The position numbers were made by a program, and so were the translations under genes. A stretch of 64,000 bases of DNA from an uncultured bacterium. Its GTDB lineage: Bacteria > Zixibacteria > MSB-5A5 > JAABVY01 > JAHJOQ01. This document shows, one piece after another, positions 28,218-37,183 of the stretch. The notes beneath the pieces are model-generated. The model was not told where the DNA came from. It made no database searches and saw only the letters and a list, made by a program, of their open reading frames with translations. Each line of letters begins with the position of its first letter. Position 1 is the stretch's first letter. The DNA lies in NCBI GenBank assembly GCA_965369655.1, contig CBDUQR010000001.1, positions 78,070-142,069 on the forward strand, in the 5' to 3' direction.

Positions 28218-28964
28218 ATGTGTATGATTGTTTTCAAAGTTCTTCAAATCGCACTGCTGGTTCTGATCGCAATGTTTAACTTCGCTTCTGCAGAAAGCGA
28301 CTCGGTGTTCTATTCGCCGGACTCTGACTCGTACAAAACAGAGCGACTTCAGATGGTCAGGAAGCAGATCGAATCGCGTGGTGTGACAGATGAGAAAGTC
28401 CTCGAAGCGATGCGGACTGTGCCAAGGCATCTTTTCGTACCCCGCTCGCATATCAAGCTTGCATACAGCGATGGCCCGCTCCCGATCGGACACGATCAGA
28501 CGATCAGCCAGCCGTATATCGTCGCGCTGATGACCGAACTACTCGAACTCGAAGGGGGAGAGCGTGTGCTGGAAATTGGCACGGGGTCAGGCTATCAAAC
28601 AGCAGTGCTGGCCGAAATAGTCGATACAGTCTACTCGATTGAGATCATCTGTGAACTGACAAAGAGCGCGCAGGAGATTATTGATAAGCTCGGATACAGC
28701 AACACCCTGATCCGTTGTGCAGACGGCTACAGAGGAATACCTGATGCCGCGCCGTTTGACCGGGTGATCGTCACCGCCGCGCCGGACCATATCCCTGATC
28801 CATTGATTGAACAGCTCAGCGTCGGCGGGAAGATGGTGCTGCCGGTTGGTGATTTCTATCAGGAACTTGTAGTTGTCGAGAAGACCAAAGATGGCGTCAT
28901 AAAGAAGAGATCGATCCCGGTCCGGTTCGTACCGATGACCGGTGAAGCACAGGATAAAAAGTAG
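28218..28964 (+). CDS. pcm: protein-L-isoaspartate O-methyltransferase with an N-terminal signal-peptide-like extension
   Basis: VLEIGTGSGYQTAVLAEIV (SAM motif I) and the rest of the Pcm fold. The N-terminus MCMIVFKVLQIALLVLIAMFNFASA is hydrophobic. Confidence 0.8.
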   Translation: MCMIVFKVLQIALLVLIAMFNFASAESDSVFYSPDSDSYKTERLQMVRKQIESRGVTDEKVLEAMRTVPRHLFVPRSHIKLAYSDGPLPIGHDQTISQPYIVALMTELLELEGGERVLEIGTGSGYQTAVLAEIVDTVYSIEIICELTKSAQEIIDKLGYSNTLIRCADGYRGIPDAAPFDRVIVTAAPDHIPDPLIEQLSVGGKMVLPVGDFYQELVVVEKTKDGVIKKRSIPVRFVPMTGEAQDKK

Positions 28965-28973
28965 GAGGTCGTT

Positions 28974-29153
28974 ATGTTTCTCGGATTCCTTCTGGTCATT
29001 CTTGGCGCGATCTTCCTTCTCCGCAATATGGGTATCCTTCCATTCTGGTACGGCTGGAGCGAACTCTGGCCGGTCCTTCTGATAGCACTCGGACTCGCCA
29101 TGGTCGGCGACAGCATCTTCAAGAAATCGAAGAAGAAAAATAAGCCGGAATAA
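28974..29153 (+). CDS. LiaF/LiaI-like transmembrane micro-protein (59 aa; below the ORF-track cutoff)
   Basis: Manual translation gives MFLGFLLVILGAIFLLRNMGILPFWYGWSELWPVLLIALGLAMVGDSIFKKSKKKNKPE. A GGAGG lies 5 nt upstream. The two-helix hairpin with a Lys tail resembles the LiaI-LiaF TM region. Confidence 0.5.
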   Translation: MFLGFLLVILGAIFLLRNMGILPFWYGWSELWPVLLIALGLAMVGDSIFKKSKKKNKPE

Positions 29154-29230
29154 CCTATAGGTGGTGCGCTCAAGCTGTGATTGGGTTTGCATTCCTACGC
29201 CAAGGTGTGGACCGCAGGTATTTACGCGAG

Positions 29231-29806
29231 TTAGGCAATCATGGAACCAGACATGCACGTGTCAACAATCTCATGCCAGTCGCTGCATCGGACAAACCTA
29301 CCTTGCGCATTAATGGAATGGTTCCACGGTGCATCAAGAAGGCATGATATATCTGCGAAATCGGATGCTGCAATAACCTCTCTAAGATCATCGTCAATAA
29401 CAACTTCAGCCATAGGATATAGGTCAGATTTACTTGCTACTGTGGAATGGCTTTCATGCAAAGACATGAACGCATGAAAGTCAAGCCCATTGTCGCGAAG
29501 CCACTTCTTTGTTTTTGAGTGGAGAGATATTGGTCTGCTGGTAGCAACAACGATACGAAACTTCGTCGCAAGTTTTTCCAATCCCTCAGCAGCTCCTTCG
29601 ACCAATTGCATTTTCGAATAATCAAGTCGTTGAAATACCTTTTTGAAATCACTTTCTTTGACTCCTACAACCCTATCGATTTCGAACATCCGAATGTCGG
29701 TTCTGTTCAGATTGCAGTCATAAAGACTATTAATAACAGGGATTGCAGAACCTACAAGATCACAGATGACACCATCAACGTCTACCACTATGACTTTTCT
29801 ATCCAT
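29231..29806 (-). CDS. HAD-superfamily 5'(3')-deoxyribonucleotidase (NT5C family)-like protein
   Basis: HAD motif I VVDVDGVICD, which is the characteristic NT5C start. 191 aa. SD-like GGGGCTAGG upstream. Confidence 0.6.
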   Translation of the reverse strand: MDRKVIVVDVDGVICDLVGSAIPVINSLYDCNLNRTDIRMFEIDRVVGVKESDFKKVFQRLDYSKMQLVEGAAEGLEKLATKFRIVVATSRPISLHSKTKKWLRDNGLDFHAFMSLHESHSTVASKSDLYPMAEVVIDDDLREVIAASDFADISCLLDAPWNHSINAQGRFVRCSDWHEIVDTCMSGSMIA

Positions 29807-29823
29807 CGAACCTAGCCCCGTAT

Positions 29824-30465
29824 CTAATTGACGATGTACTTAATAACGAGCACTGAGACTATTGGTATTCCATAGAACAGGATGACCAGCCTTTTGGCTG
29901 CTGGCGGGTGAACGACTCTGCTTATGCTAGTAGTCAGGCCAAAGAGACCAAACCTCTTTCCTAAGTCCGACTCGTCGAACTTCAAGGCCTGCGCCACCGA
30001 ACCTAGGAGAAGTTGGTGATAATAGAAGTAGTCCATTACGAAGGCTATTGCCCATAGGATTAGTAGGAGGAAAAAGAAAATGAGAAAATGCTCCTCGTTA
30101 ATCTTCTCGGCCTTCTGTAAAGCCACGCTTGCCCCTACTAACGTTATGAAAGCTGTCAGGACAATGGACCGAAACCGTATAATCAGATCATTGAAGTGCA
30201 TTTGCGTCTCAATGATGGTTTTCCATTCTGTTTGGTAAAGCGGGATTACTGCCTTTTCCTGATCTGAAATATCCGGGACCGGATATGGCAACCTATTAAC
30301 CGGCGTATCCTTACCTTTACTCTTACCTTTGCCAACTACAATGCGATCAATTGTAATAACAATTGCGGTGTAAATGATTACAAGAAGAATAAGAACAGGT
30401 ATCGATATTGTCACAACCTTCTCCCTCAAAGTGATTGTGTTGTGTGCATCAGACAGACAACTCAA
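29824..30465 (-). CDS. four-TM membrane protein of unknown function (start codon uncertain)
   Basis: The track starts it at a TTG. An in-frame GTG at about 30420 has a GGGAGAAGG SD. Four hydrophobic helices and no known motif. It lies 17 bp upstream of the NT5C-like gene and is co-directional with it. Confidence 0.4.
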   Translation of the reverse strand: MSCLSDAHNTITLREKVVTISIPVLILLVIIYTAIVITIDRIVVGKGKSKGKDTPVNRLPYPVPDISDQEKAVIPLYQTEWKTIIETQMHFNDLIIRFRSIVLTAFITLVGASVALQKAEKINEEHFLIFFFLLLILWAIAFVMDYFYYHQLLLGSVAQALKFDESDLGKRFGLFGLTTSISRVVHPPAAKRLVILFYGIPIVSVLVIKYIVN

Positions 30466-30725
30466 ACAGTTTCGATCCGCACAAAGTCAGTCACGCGGTT
30501 GTTCCAGCCCGACTACTATTGATTCGCAACTTAATGTAAACTAATGCATTTCGAAGCACTAAGTCAATCACAAAACGCAATAGGGCCGGGTGCAATCATC
30601 CGGGGTGCTTTTTGAAAAATTCAAACTGATCGCCATACTACAGTCCAGTAGCCCAGTAGCGCCTCACTCCTGCGTAACAAATAGCAGGTGTCGAGGACAC
30701 CTGCTCTACAAGAACTGTGACAGAT

Positions 30726-30830
30726 ACTGAGATCGCCACGTCGCTCCGCTCCTCGCGATGACACCGCCCGCTCTCGGCGGTCGCAAGAACTGCCGGAACG
30801 GACGCTTTGGGAACAACCTCCTCCGTACCC
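30726..30830. repeat. degraded composite repeat copy (X module plus tetraloop hairpin plus decayed right terminus) upstream of pth
   Basis: gagatcgccacgtcgctccgctcctcgcgatgacacc (30726-30762), then cgctctcggcggtcgcaagaactgccggaacgg, then acgctttgggaacaacctcc, which resembles the cttttgggacagcctctcc terminus. Confidence 0.6.
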
Positions 30831-30898
30831 CATCGCGGAAAAGCATCGAATCTGCTTGACAATTACCGCGCCATTTGTATCATTGGCTGCCGTATCTG

Positions 30899-31462
30899 AT
30901 GATTAGACTCGTTGCTGGACTCGGGAATCCGGGAAAGAAATACATCAAGACCAGACACAACCTTGGTTTCATGGTTGTCGAACGGTTAGCTGACAAGTAC
31001 GAGTCCGGCTTCAGAAAGAAGAAAGGAGATTTCAGGCAGAGTTCAGTCGCAATCGGCAGTGGCAATGTCATTCTGATCAAGCCGACCACATTCATGAATC
31101 TCTCGGGAGTGGCGGTGAGGCAGGCGGCTGACTATCATGGATTTAGACCGTCGGAGATTCTGATCGTAAGCGATGACATCAATCTCCCCCTGGGAAAGAT
31201 AAGGATAAGGAGCGGTGGTTCCGACGGCGGGCATAAAGGCCTGAAATCAGTTATACAGGAGTTAGGATCAGAGGAGTTTCGTCGCGTACGTCTGGGGATT
31301 GGTCTGCCAGAAGAGATTGACGTCCCGGTAGATGCGTATGTCCTGGAGAAGTTCTCCGAAGACGAACAGAAGACCGTTGAAGAGATGATAAAAACTGCGG
31401 TTTCCGCTGTCGAGCAAATTATACAAGACGGCGTTGAGGCTGCACAGGTAACATTCAATTAA
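30899..31462 (+). CDS. pth: peptidyl-tRNA hydrolase
   Basis: MIRLVAGLGNPGKKYIKTRHNLGF is the canonical Pth N-terminus. Confidence 0.85.
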   Translation: MIRLVAGLGNPGKKYIKTRHNLGFMVVERLADKYESGFRKKKGDFRQSSVAIGSGNVILIKPTTFMNLSGVAVRQAADYHGFRPSEILIVSDDINLPLGKIRIRSGGSDGGHKGLKSVIQELGSEEFRRVRLGIGLPEEIDVPVDAYVLEKFSEDEQKTVEEMIKTAVSAVEQIIQDGVEAAQVTFN

Positions 31463-31512
31463 CCACCCTGCTTTCTCGACGCGAGAAGGCCGGAAGACCG
31501 GAGGGAGGTTTC

Positions 31513-31851
31513 ATGAAGCTCTACGAAACCGGCATTATTCTCAGTTCACTGCTCGAAGAATCCCAGATCACCCGTCAGACTGAGCAGATTCAGTCGCTCA
31601 TTACCGACAACGGCGGCAAGATTATTGACGTCGATCGCTGGGGAATGAGGAAGCTGGCCTATGAGATCAAGAAGATGCAGCAGGGATTCTATGTGTTCTT
31701 CCGCTACGAAGCCGACGGCAGCGTGCCACAGAAGCTGGAGAAAGCATTTCAGGTGAACGAGTCTGTGCTGAGGTTCCTGACGACAGTCCCTGACAAGGCC
31801 GAAGAAAGCCGGAAGCCAAGTGAAGAGACTTCGGAGGCGCCATCGTATTGA
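31513..31851 (+). CDS. rpsF: 30S ribosomal protein S6
   Basis: MKLYETGIILSSLLEE...DRWGMRKLAYEI. Confidence 0.9.
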   Translation: MKLYETGIILSSLLEESQITRQTEQIQSLITDNGGKIIDVDRWGMRKLAYEIKKMQQGFYVFFRYEADGSVPQKLEKAFQVNESVLRFLTTVPDKAEESRKPSEETSEAPSY

Positions 31852-31923
31852 TCCGTTTAGCCGCATGGCGCACATCGGCGTCTGCAGGGAAATTCAAATT
31901 CAAATATTGGGAGAGTCATAGTT

Positions 31924-32169
31924 GTGAAGCGTAGATCAATGGGATTCGATAATCGAAGAAAACGGCGTGGTCGGTTCGCCGATATCAAGCTCGGAATAAT
32001 CGACTATAAAGATGACAAGCTCTTAAGGAAGTTCATCACCGAGAATGGCAAGATTATCCCGCGCAGAGTCACCGGGGTGTCGGCCAAGACACAGCGGAAA
32101 CTCTGTCGTGCGATAAAGCGAGCGCGGATGATGGCGCTACTGCCGTTTGTCGAGGAGGCATACAGGTAG
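31924..32169 (+). CDS. rpsR: 30S ribosomal protein S18
   Basis: [41 protein letters not shown]. The start is a GTG with a GGGAGAG SD. An ATG at 31939 is the alternative start. Confidence 0.85.
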   Translation: MKRRSMGFDNRRKRRGRFADIKLGIIDYKDDKLLRKFITENGKIIPRRVTGVSAKTQRKLCRAIKRARMMALLPFVEEAYR

Positions 32170-32176
32170 GGAAAGG

Positions 32177-33139
32177 ATGCCCTCGTTGCGAACGAAGCTG
32201 AGTTTAGCTGCGGTCGGCATGGTGGCGTCGTACAATGCACTCTGCTGGCTACCTGCAAGTATCTGGGCGTTCGCCATTGCATCTTCCACCGGCCTTGTAT
32301 TTCTCCTTGCTGTGCGCCCGCTCAGGTATGGCGCCGCTCTGATGATCGCATCGATGATCGTCGGAGTATTGACAGCGAGGATGCTGCCCGATGGTTACAC
32401 ATATTACTTTGTGGGATTTACACTCATGCTCGTCGCACTCCCGAGCGCAATCATGGCTGCCGGTATCAGAAACGGGATATCGGCTCACAGGACTCAACTT
32501 TGGGCGCTTCTTCCAATCTCGATCCTGCTGTTCCTGTATGTCATGAATGTGTATGGCGCTGCAACTCTCTGGAGGGAAGTGATCGATGGGATGAGTATGA
32601 ATACCGTCGAGTGGTACAGTGAGGCGATAAACTCTATGCCTGGGACCATTTCAGCCGAGGAAGCCGAGCGATTGAAAGGACTTGTTACAGACTTGTTCAA
32701 TTTCCTGTACAGGTTCACGCCGGGACTGCTCATAACCCTGGCGGCAGCGGTCAATATTGCGTCATACTTCTTCGCAGGTAAGATGATTCGCGTCGAGGGA
32801 GGATTCTATAGACGAATGATGGGATTCGGACTATGGAAAGCAGGCGTCATTCACATGGCGCTTCTGGCAGTCGGGATCGTAACGTGGATGACGCGGATCG
32901 AAGCGATAATACCGCTCTCGGAGAATCTGCTGTTCCTGCTCGGCATCGTATATATGGTGGCGGGTTTTTCGGTCATCGACCACTATTTGAAGAAATACAG
33001 AATACATGCTGCACTCCGGACGGCATTTGTAGTAGCACTGATCCTGTCGGGCTGGTTCGGAGGACTGCTGGCCGCCATAGTCGGCCTGGTCGATTCTCAT
33101 TTCGACTTCAGGCGCGTGCGGGCGCAGCAGATCGGATGA
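32177..33139 (+). CDS. DUF2232-like polytopic membrane protein (YybS-like) in the conserved rpsR-rplI gap
   Basis: Eight to nine TM helices. It occupies the rpsR to rplI interval, as DUF2232/YybS proteins do in many genomes. The track ORF starts at 32147 and would overlap rpsR. Confidence 0.45.
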   Translation: MPSLRTKLSLAAVGMVASYNALCWLPASIWAFAIASSTGLVFLLAVRPLRYGAALMIASMIVGVLTARMLPDGYTYYFVGFTLMLVALPSAIMAAGIRNGISAHRTQLWALLPISILLFLYVMNVYGAATLWREVIDGMSMNTVEWYSEAINSMPGTISAEEAERLKGLVTDLFNFLYRFTPGLLITLAAAVNIASYFFAGKMIRVEGGFYRRMMGFGLWKAGVIHMALLAVGIVTWMTRIEAIIPLSENLLFLLGIVYMVAGFSVIDHYLKKYRIHAALRTAFVVALILSGWFGGLLAAIVGLVDSHFDFRRVRAQQIG

Positions 33140-33194
33140 AATATCCCTTTGCTATGAACAACAAGAGTGCGTACATATAGAGAGGTGAATTCAG

Positions 33195-33641
33195 ATGAAA
33201 GTGATTTTGAGAGAAGATATGGATAATCTCGGCAAATGCGGGGATATCATAGAGGTCAAGAACGGGTTCGGGCGGAACTACCTGCTGCCTCGCAACCTGG
33301 CCATTCCGGCGACTAAGGGAAACCTGAAGTCTATAGGCGAGGTCACGGCGCAGAAAGAGCTCCGTGATAAGAAATACCGCAGGGAAGCCGAAAGAATCAA
33401 AGATCGCATCGAGAGAATCTCCTGTACCGCCGAGGTCAATGTTGGCGAAGAGGATAAGATGTTCGGATCGATAACGTCGGCCATCATCGTCGGTTTGCTC
33501 AAAGAGGAAGGCGTCGAGATCGATCGTCGCAAGATCATGCTCGATGAACCGATCAAGAACCTGGGAGTCTACACAATTCCGGTGAAGATAGCTCCGGATG
33601 TTGTCGCTAATCTCAAACTCTGGGTGGTCAAGAAGAGTTGA
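33195..33641 (+). CDS. rplI: 50S ribosomal protein L9
   Basis: MKVILREDMDNLGKCGDIIEVKNGFGRNYLLPRNLA. Confidence 0.9.
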   Translation: MKVILREDMDNLGKCGDIIEVKNGFGRNYLLPRNLAIPATKGNLKSIGEVTAQKELRDKKYRREAERIKDRIERISCTAEVNVGEEDKMFGSITSAIIVGLLKEEGVEIDRRKIMLDEPIKNLGVYTIPVKIAPDVVANLKLWVVKKS

Positions 33642-34150
33642 CGTCGGACAACGAAGAAAAAGTCGATTTGGTGGAAGTGAGCGTTAACGGGCTTGCTCTG
33701 GATGTCACCACCAACTCGCCGGTCGTGTTGCTCGGACCTGTGAATTCCGAGAAGGTCTTGCCGATCTGGATCGGCCACTATGAAGCGTGGGCGATTGCCA
33801 TGGAGATGTCAGGCATGCCGTCAAAGAGACCTATGACGCACGACCTTCTCAGGACGGTGATAGAAGGTCTAAAGGCAGAGGTCGTCAGGGTTGAGATATT
33901 CGATCTCAAGGATCAGACATTCTACGCGCGGGTTATCTTAAGAAATAACGGGAACGAACTCGATATCGATGCGCGGCCTTCGGATTCGATAGCCCTTGCG
34001 CTCAAGGCAAAGGCTCCAATCTTCGCCAACCCCAAGTTGTTCGACCTGAAGCAGCCTCCTTCGGACAGCAAGCAAGCTGCAGATCCGCAGGAACTCAAGG
34101 ATCGCCTGAAAAGGATCAATCCAGAGGACTTCGGCAAGTACTCCCTCTGA
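33638..34150 (+). CDS. bifunctional nuclease (DUF151/BFN) domain protein
   Basis: VVLLGPV...LPIWIGHYEAWAIA...HDLL...FYARV is the DUF151 pattern. The start is a TTG overlapping the rplI stop. Confidence 0.65.
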   Translation: MTSDNEEKVDLVEVSVNGLALDVTTNSPVVLLGPVNSEKVLPIWIGHYEAWAIAMEMSGMPSKRPMTHDLLRTVIEGLKAEVVRVEIFDLKDQTFYARVILRNNGNELDIDARPSDSIALALKAKAPIFANPKLFDLKQPPSDSKQAADPQELKDRLKRINPEDFGKYSL

Positions 34151-35934
34151 TGGATTTCATCGTGTGCAAGGTACGGAGTCAGACAGTCACCATTCTGATG
34201 GCATTGTTCGCACTGATTGCAGCCGGTACGCCGGTCTCACTTGGCTTGGACCTCCCGGCTCAGATTGAGCATGCCGAATCGCTGTTTCGCTCCGGAGACT
34301 ACGGCAAGGCAGCAGAGGTATTCGCCGAGATCGCTGCTCTCAGCCCGAGTTACGAGGGACTTCCCGCGCTGCTTCTGAAAGAAGCAAGAGCCAGATATTA
34401 CGCCCGGCAATATGCCAGGTCCGAAAATGTCCTCCAGCGCTTGATATCAGAATTCAGAGATTCTCCATATGTTTCCTCCAGTTACTATTTCCTTGCCAGG
34501 ATCGATTTCGACAGATCCGACTACCGGCGAGCGACGGCGAACTTCGTCTCGGCCCATCATTATGCGTCGGGCAGAAGGCTGAAAGATATTTGCCGGGCAA
34601 ATGTTGTCAATATGCTGGTCGGCTATCTCTCGTATGCGGAGCAGAAATCAATTCTGTCGGCGTGCCACCGACTCGACAAGAGACTGTTCAGCAGCGCAAT
34701 ATATGATGCCTCGATGAGATTCAGCGAACTCGGTCTGGATACGCAGGCCGAAAGGATGCTTGACATCTACGCCGCATTCGAGCGGGATGGTGATCCGCGA
34801 TTCGAAACGCTCCGGAATGAACTGCGGTCAGGATTGCCGCGCTCGATCGACATAGCGCTGCTATTCCCCCTTTCCGGCGAACTTGCAGCTTACGGGAGAC
34901 AGATGAATTCAGCCGTTGAGCTGGCTGTCGAGGCATACGACGATGTGACAATCAATTTGAAGACGTACGATACGTTCGGTAACTCGATAGTCGCAGCGCA
35001 GCTTGCGCAGCGAGCCACAGCCGAGGGTGTGTCGGTCGTGCTCGGTCCGCTGACCTCGCAGGAGGCTGTCGGAGCCGTACCGTATTCCGACTTCTGGTCC
35101 GTCCCGATGGTCCTTCCTGTCGCGTCCGAAAAAGGTCTGACATCCATATCGAAGATGACATATCAGCTCTCGCCCACTCCTGAGGCCATGGGAGAAAGAC
35201 TCGCGGAGGCAGCCATAGAGGAACTCGGACTCGATTCCGTCGCGATTCTCGCTCCGAATGACGGCTACGGCAGACAGATGACGGATGGTTTCAAGCGAGT
35301 GATGAAGAAGAATCAAGTAGATATCTTTAGTGAAGTCTACTATCCGCGCGGCGCGACCGACTACCGGAGATTCATGCTGGACCTGAAGAAGACAGTGTTG
35401 CCGGATACTTTCGACCCCAGGATCTTCCTCGATGAGGAGGGTGATACACTTGAACTCGAAGAGATCGATGTTCAGATACCGGCAATCTTTATTCCCGCTT
35501 TTGCTGAAGAACTGCGTTACATTATCCCGCAATTGCGCTTCTATCGCATTGGGTCAATCCTTCTCGGAGGCGAGGACCTCGGGAACGATGAAGTTCTGTC
35601 GCTGAAAGCTACTAAACTTTTCCCATCGATGTTCGTGTCGCACACGACTTTCACGCCATCTGACACGGCATGGATCAAGTTCGAGTATCTGTTCAGACAA
35701 AAGAACGGCCGAGAACCCACTTCCGTTGCCGGCATGACGTACGACGCAGTCTGCATGACGCTCGAAGCCGCTGCGCTCGGCGGGTTCACTGCCGACGGAA
35801 TCGTGCGCGGCTGGGAGCGGCTCGGTCGCTACGATGGCGTTACCGGTCCGTTTGAATTCAATGATCAGCGCGAGAATGTGGCGGCGCCGGTCTATTTCCT
35901 GCTTGATGGACAGATCGAGAAATGGCTGCACTGA
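34150..35934 (+). CDS. TPR-like plus periplasmic ligand-binding (type-1 PBP, LivK/LpoA-like) protein
   Basis: Signal/TM, a TPR-like helical N-terminal half, and a C-terminal DIALLFPLSGELAAYGRQMNSAVELAVE...VVLGPLTSQEA typical of Peripla_BP_6. Confidence 0.55.
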   Translation: MDFIVCKVRSQTVTILMALFALIAAGTPVSLGLDLPAQIEHAESLFRSGDYGKAAEVFAEIAALSPSYEGLPALLLKEARARYYARQYARSENVLQRLISEFRDSPYVSSSYYFLARIDFDRSDYRRATANFVSAHHYASGRRLKDICRANVVNMLVGYLSYAEQKSILSACHRLDKRLFSSAIYDASMRFSELGLDTQAERMLDIYAAFERDGDPRFETLRNELRSGLPRSIDIALLFPLSGELAAYGRQMNSAVELAVEAYDDVTINLKTYDTFGNSIVAAQLAQRATAEGVSVVLGPLTSQEAVGAVPYSDFWSVPMVLPVASEKGLTSISKMTYQLSPTPEAMGERLAEAAIEELGLDSVAILAPNDGYGRQMTDGFKRVMKKNQVDIFSEVYYPRGATDYRRFMLDLKKTVLPDTFDPRIFLDEEGDTLELEEIDVQIPAIFIPAFAEELRYIIPQLRFYRIGSILLGGEDLGNDEVLSLKATKLFPSMFVSHTTFTPSDTAWIKFEYLFRQKNGREPTSVAGMTYDAVCMTLEAAALGGFTADGIVRGWERLGRYDGVTGPFEFNDQRENVAAPVYFLLDGQIEKWLH

Positions 35935-36767
35935 CCGCCGACCTTCGGCGCAAATATGATTCCCTGATCGAATTGATCTCCACTCTCGAAAGGGTGGTAG
36001 TCGCCTTCTCCGGAGGACTCGATTCCGCATTCGTCCTGTACGCATCGCTTCAATCGCTCGGATCGGACAATGTGCTGGCGGTGACAGGCGATTCACCGAG
36101 TCTCGCACGATTCGAGAAAGAGTGCGCTGCGCGATTTATGCGCTCGCTCAATATTCGCAAACGTCACCTGATTATCGACACCAACGAGATGCAGGATGAA
36201 GGCTATATAGCTAATACAATCGATCGCTGTTTCTACTGCAAGAATGAGCTATATTCGAAACTCGTCGGTATAGCGAATCAGGAGGGGTTCAGTTGTGTGG
36301 TCGATGGCTGTAACGCCTCTGACATCGGCGATCACAGACCTGGAAGACGGGCTGCCGAGAAATTCTCGGTGAGAAGTCCGTTACTTGAAGTCGGACTGCA
36401 TAAACCCGAGATCAGAGAGATCGCCCGGCATGAGGGTCTCGAAATATGGGACAAGCCCCAGACCGCCTGCCTCGCATCAAGAATTCCATACGGAGAGATT
36501 GTGACAGCCGATAAACTATCGATGATCGAAAAAGCTGAGGCGTTTCTCCGTGAGAACGGTTTCCGCCAGTTGCGGGTGCGCCACCACGGCAAATTAGCCA
36601 GAATCGAGCTTGAAGAGCAGGGCTTTGAGTTGATGACCGATGCTGCAATCAGGAAACGCATCGTCGATCGATTCAGAGATATTGGATTTACGTGGATATC
36701 CGTTGATCTCAAGCCCTTTGAAACAGGAAGCATGAACATCTCAATAAAGGACTCAGAGAGTGACTGA
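35922..36767 (+). CDS. PP-loop ATP pyrophosphatase, TIGR00268/LarE-like
   Basis: VVAFSGGLDSAFVLYAS (SGGxDS PP-loop), then ...TACLASRIPYGE...RVRHHGKLARIE. Confidence 0.7.
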   Translation: MAALTADLRRKYDSLIELISTLERVVVAFSGGLDSAFVLYASLQSLGSDNVLAVTGDSPSLARFEKECAARFMRSLNIRKRHLIIDTNEMQDEGYIANTIDRCFYCKNELYSKLVGIANQEGFSCVVDGCNASDIGDHRPGRRAAEKFSVRSPLLEVGLHKPEIREIARHEGLEIWDKPQTACLASRIPYGEIVTADKLSMIEKAEAFLRENGFRQLRVRHHGKLARIELEEQGFELMTDAAIRKRIVDRFRDIGFTWISVDLKPFETGSMNISIKDSESD

Positions 36768-37002
36768 CAATGAAAAGGAGAAGCGCGTCGCGCTGAAGAT
36801 GGTTATTGACGGCGAAATCCGCGAGATTTCGTTCGAAGAGCTGGCTCTCTCGAACAACATGGCTCAGGAGGCGCTCGTCAGACTGATGGTGCGTAAGAAA
36901 ATAATCGAACCGCGCGAATTCATGGAGGAGATGAACGCCGTCCAGAAAGAAAGGTACCGTTCAGGCGACCCGTCTGACGAAGGCCAGACCCCCAACGCGT
37001 GA
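36760..37002 (+). CDS. small hypothetical protein
   Basis: 81 aa with no recognisable motif. It overlaps the PP-loop gene by 8 nt. Confidence 0.3.
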   Translation: MTDNEKEKRVALKMVIDGEIREISFEELALSNNMAQEALVRLMVRKKIIEPREFMEEMNAVQKERYRSGDPSDEGQTPNA

Positions 37003-37071
37003 ACCAGACGACGAATATGATCAGACCAGGAGAGGGAATGTTGAAGGAATCATTTCGGACACATACCTGCG

Positions 37072-37179
37072 GGATCGTCATCACGAGGAGCGGTAGCGAC
37101 GTGGCGATCTCAGGCTCCAGTACTGTGGGTGGCAGACGTCCTTGCAGAGTCCTGAGCCTCGAAGAGTCTGCCCCATTTT
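37072..37179. repeat. dispersed repeat modules X and Y (copy D)
   Basis: 37072-37112 is the reverse complement of the 30726-30762 module (gagatcgccacgtcgc...cgatgac). 37113-37179 (ggctccag...ggcagacg...agtcctgagcctcgaagagtctgccccatttt) parallels 22561-22652. Confidence 0.7.
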
Positions 37180-37183
37180 CGCT

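Noticed and set aside
32177-33139. DUF2232 membrane protein between rpsR and rplI as a possible insertion
   Set aside because: A YybS/DUF2232-type membrane protein in the rpsR-rplI interval is a conserved syntenic feature in many bacteria. Its G+C matches the neighbours. It is not an island.
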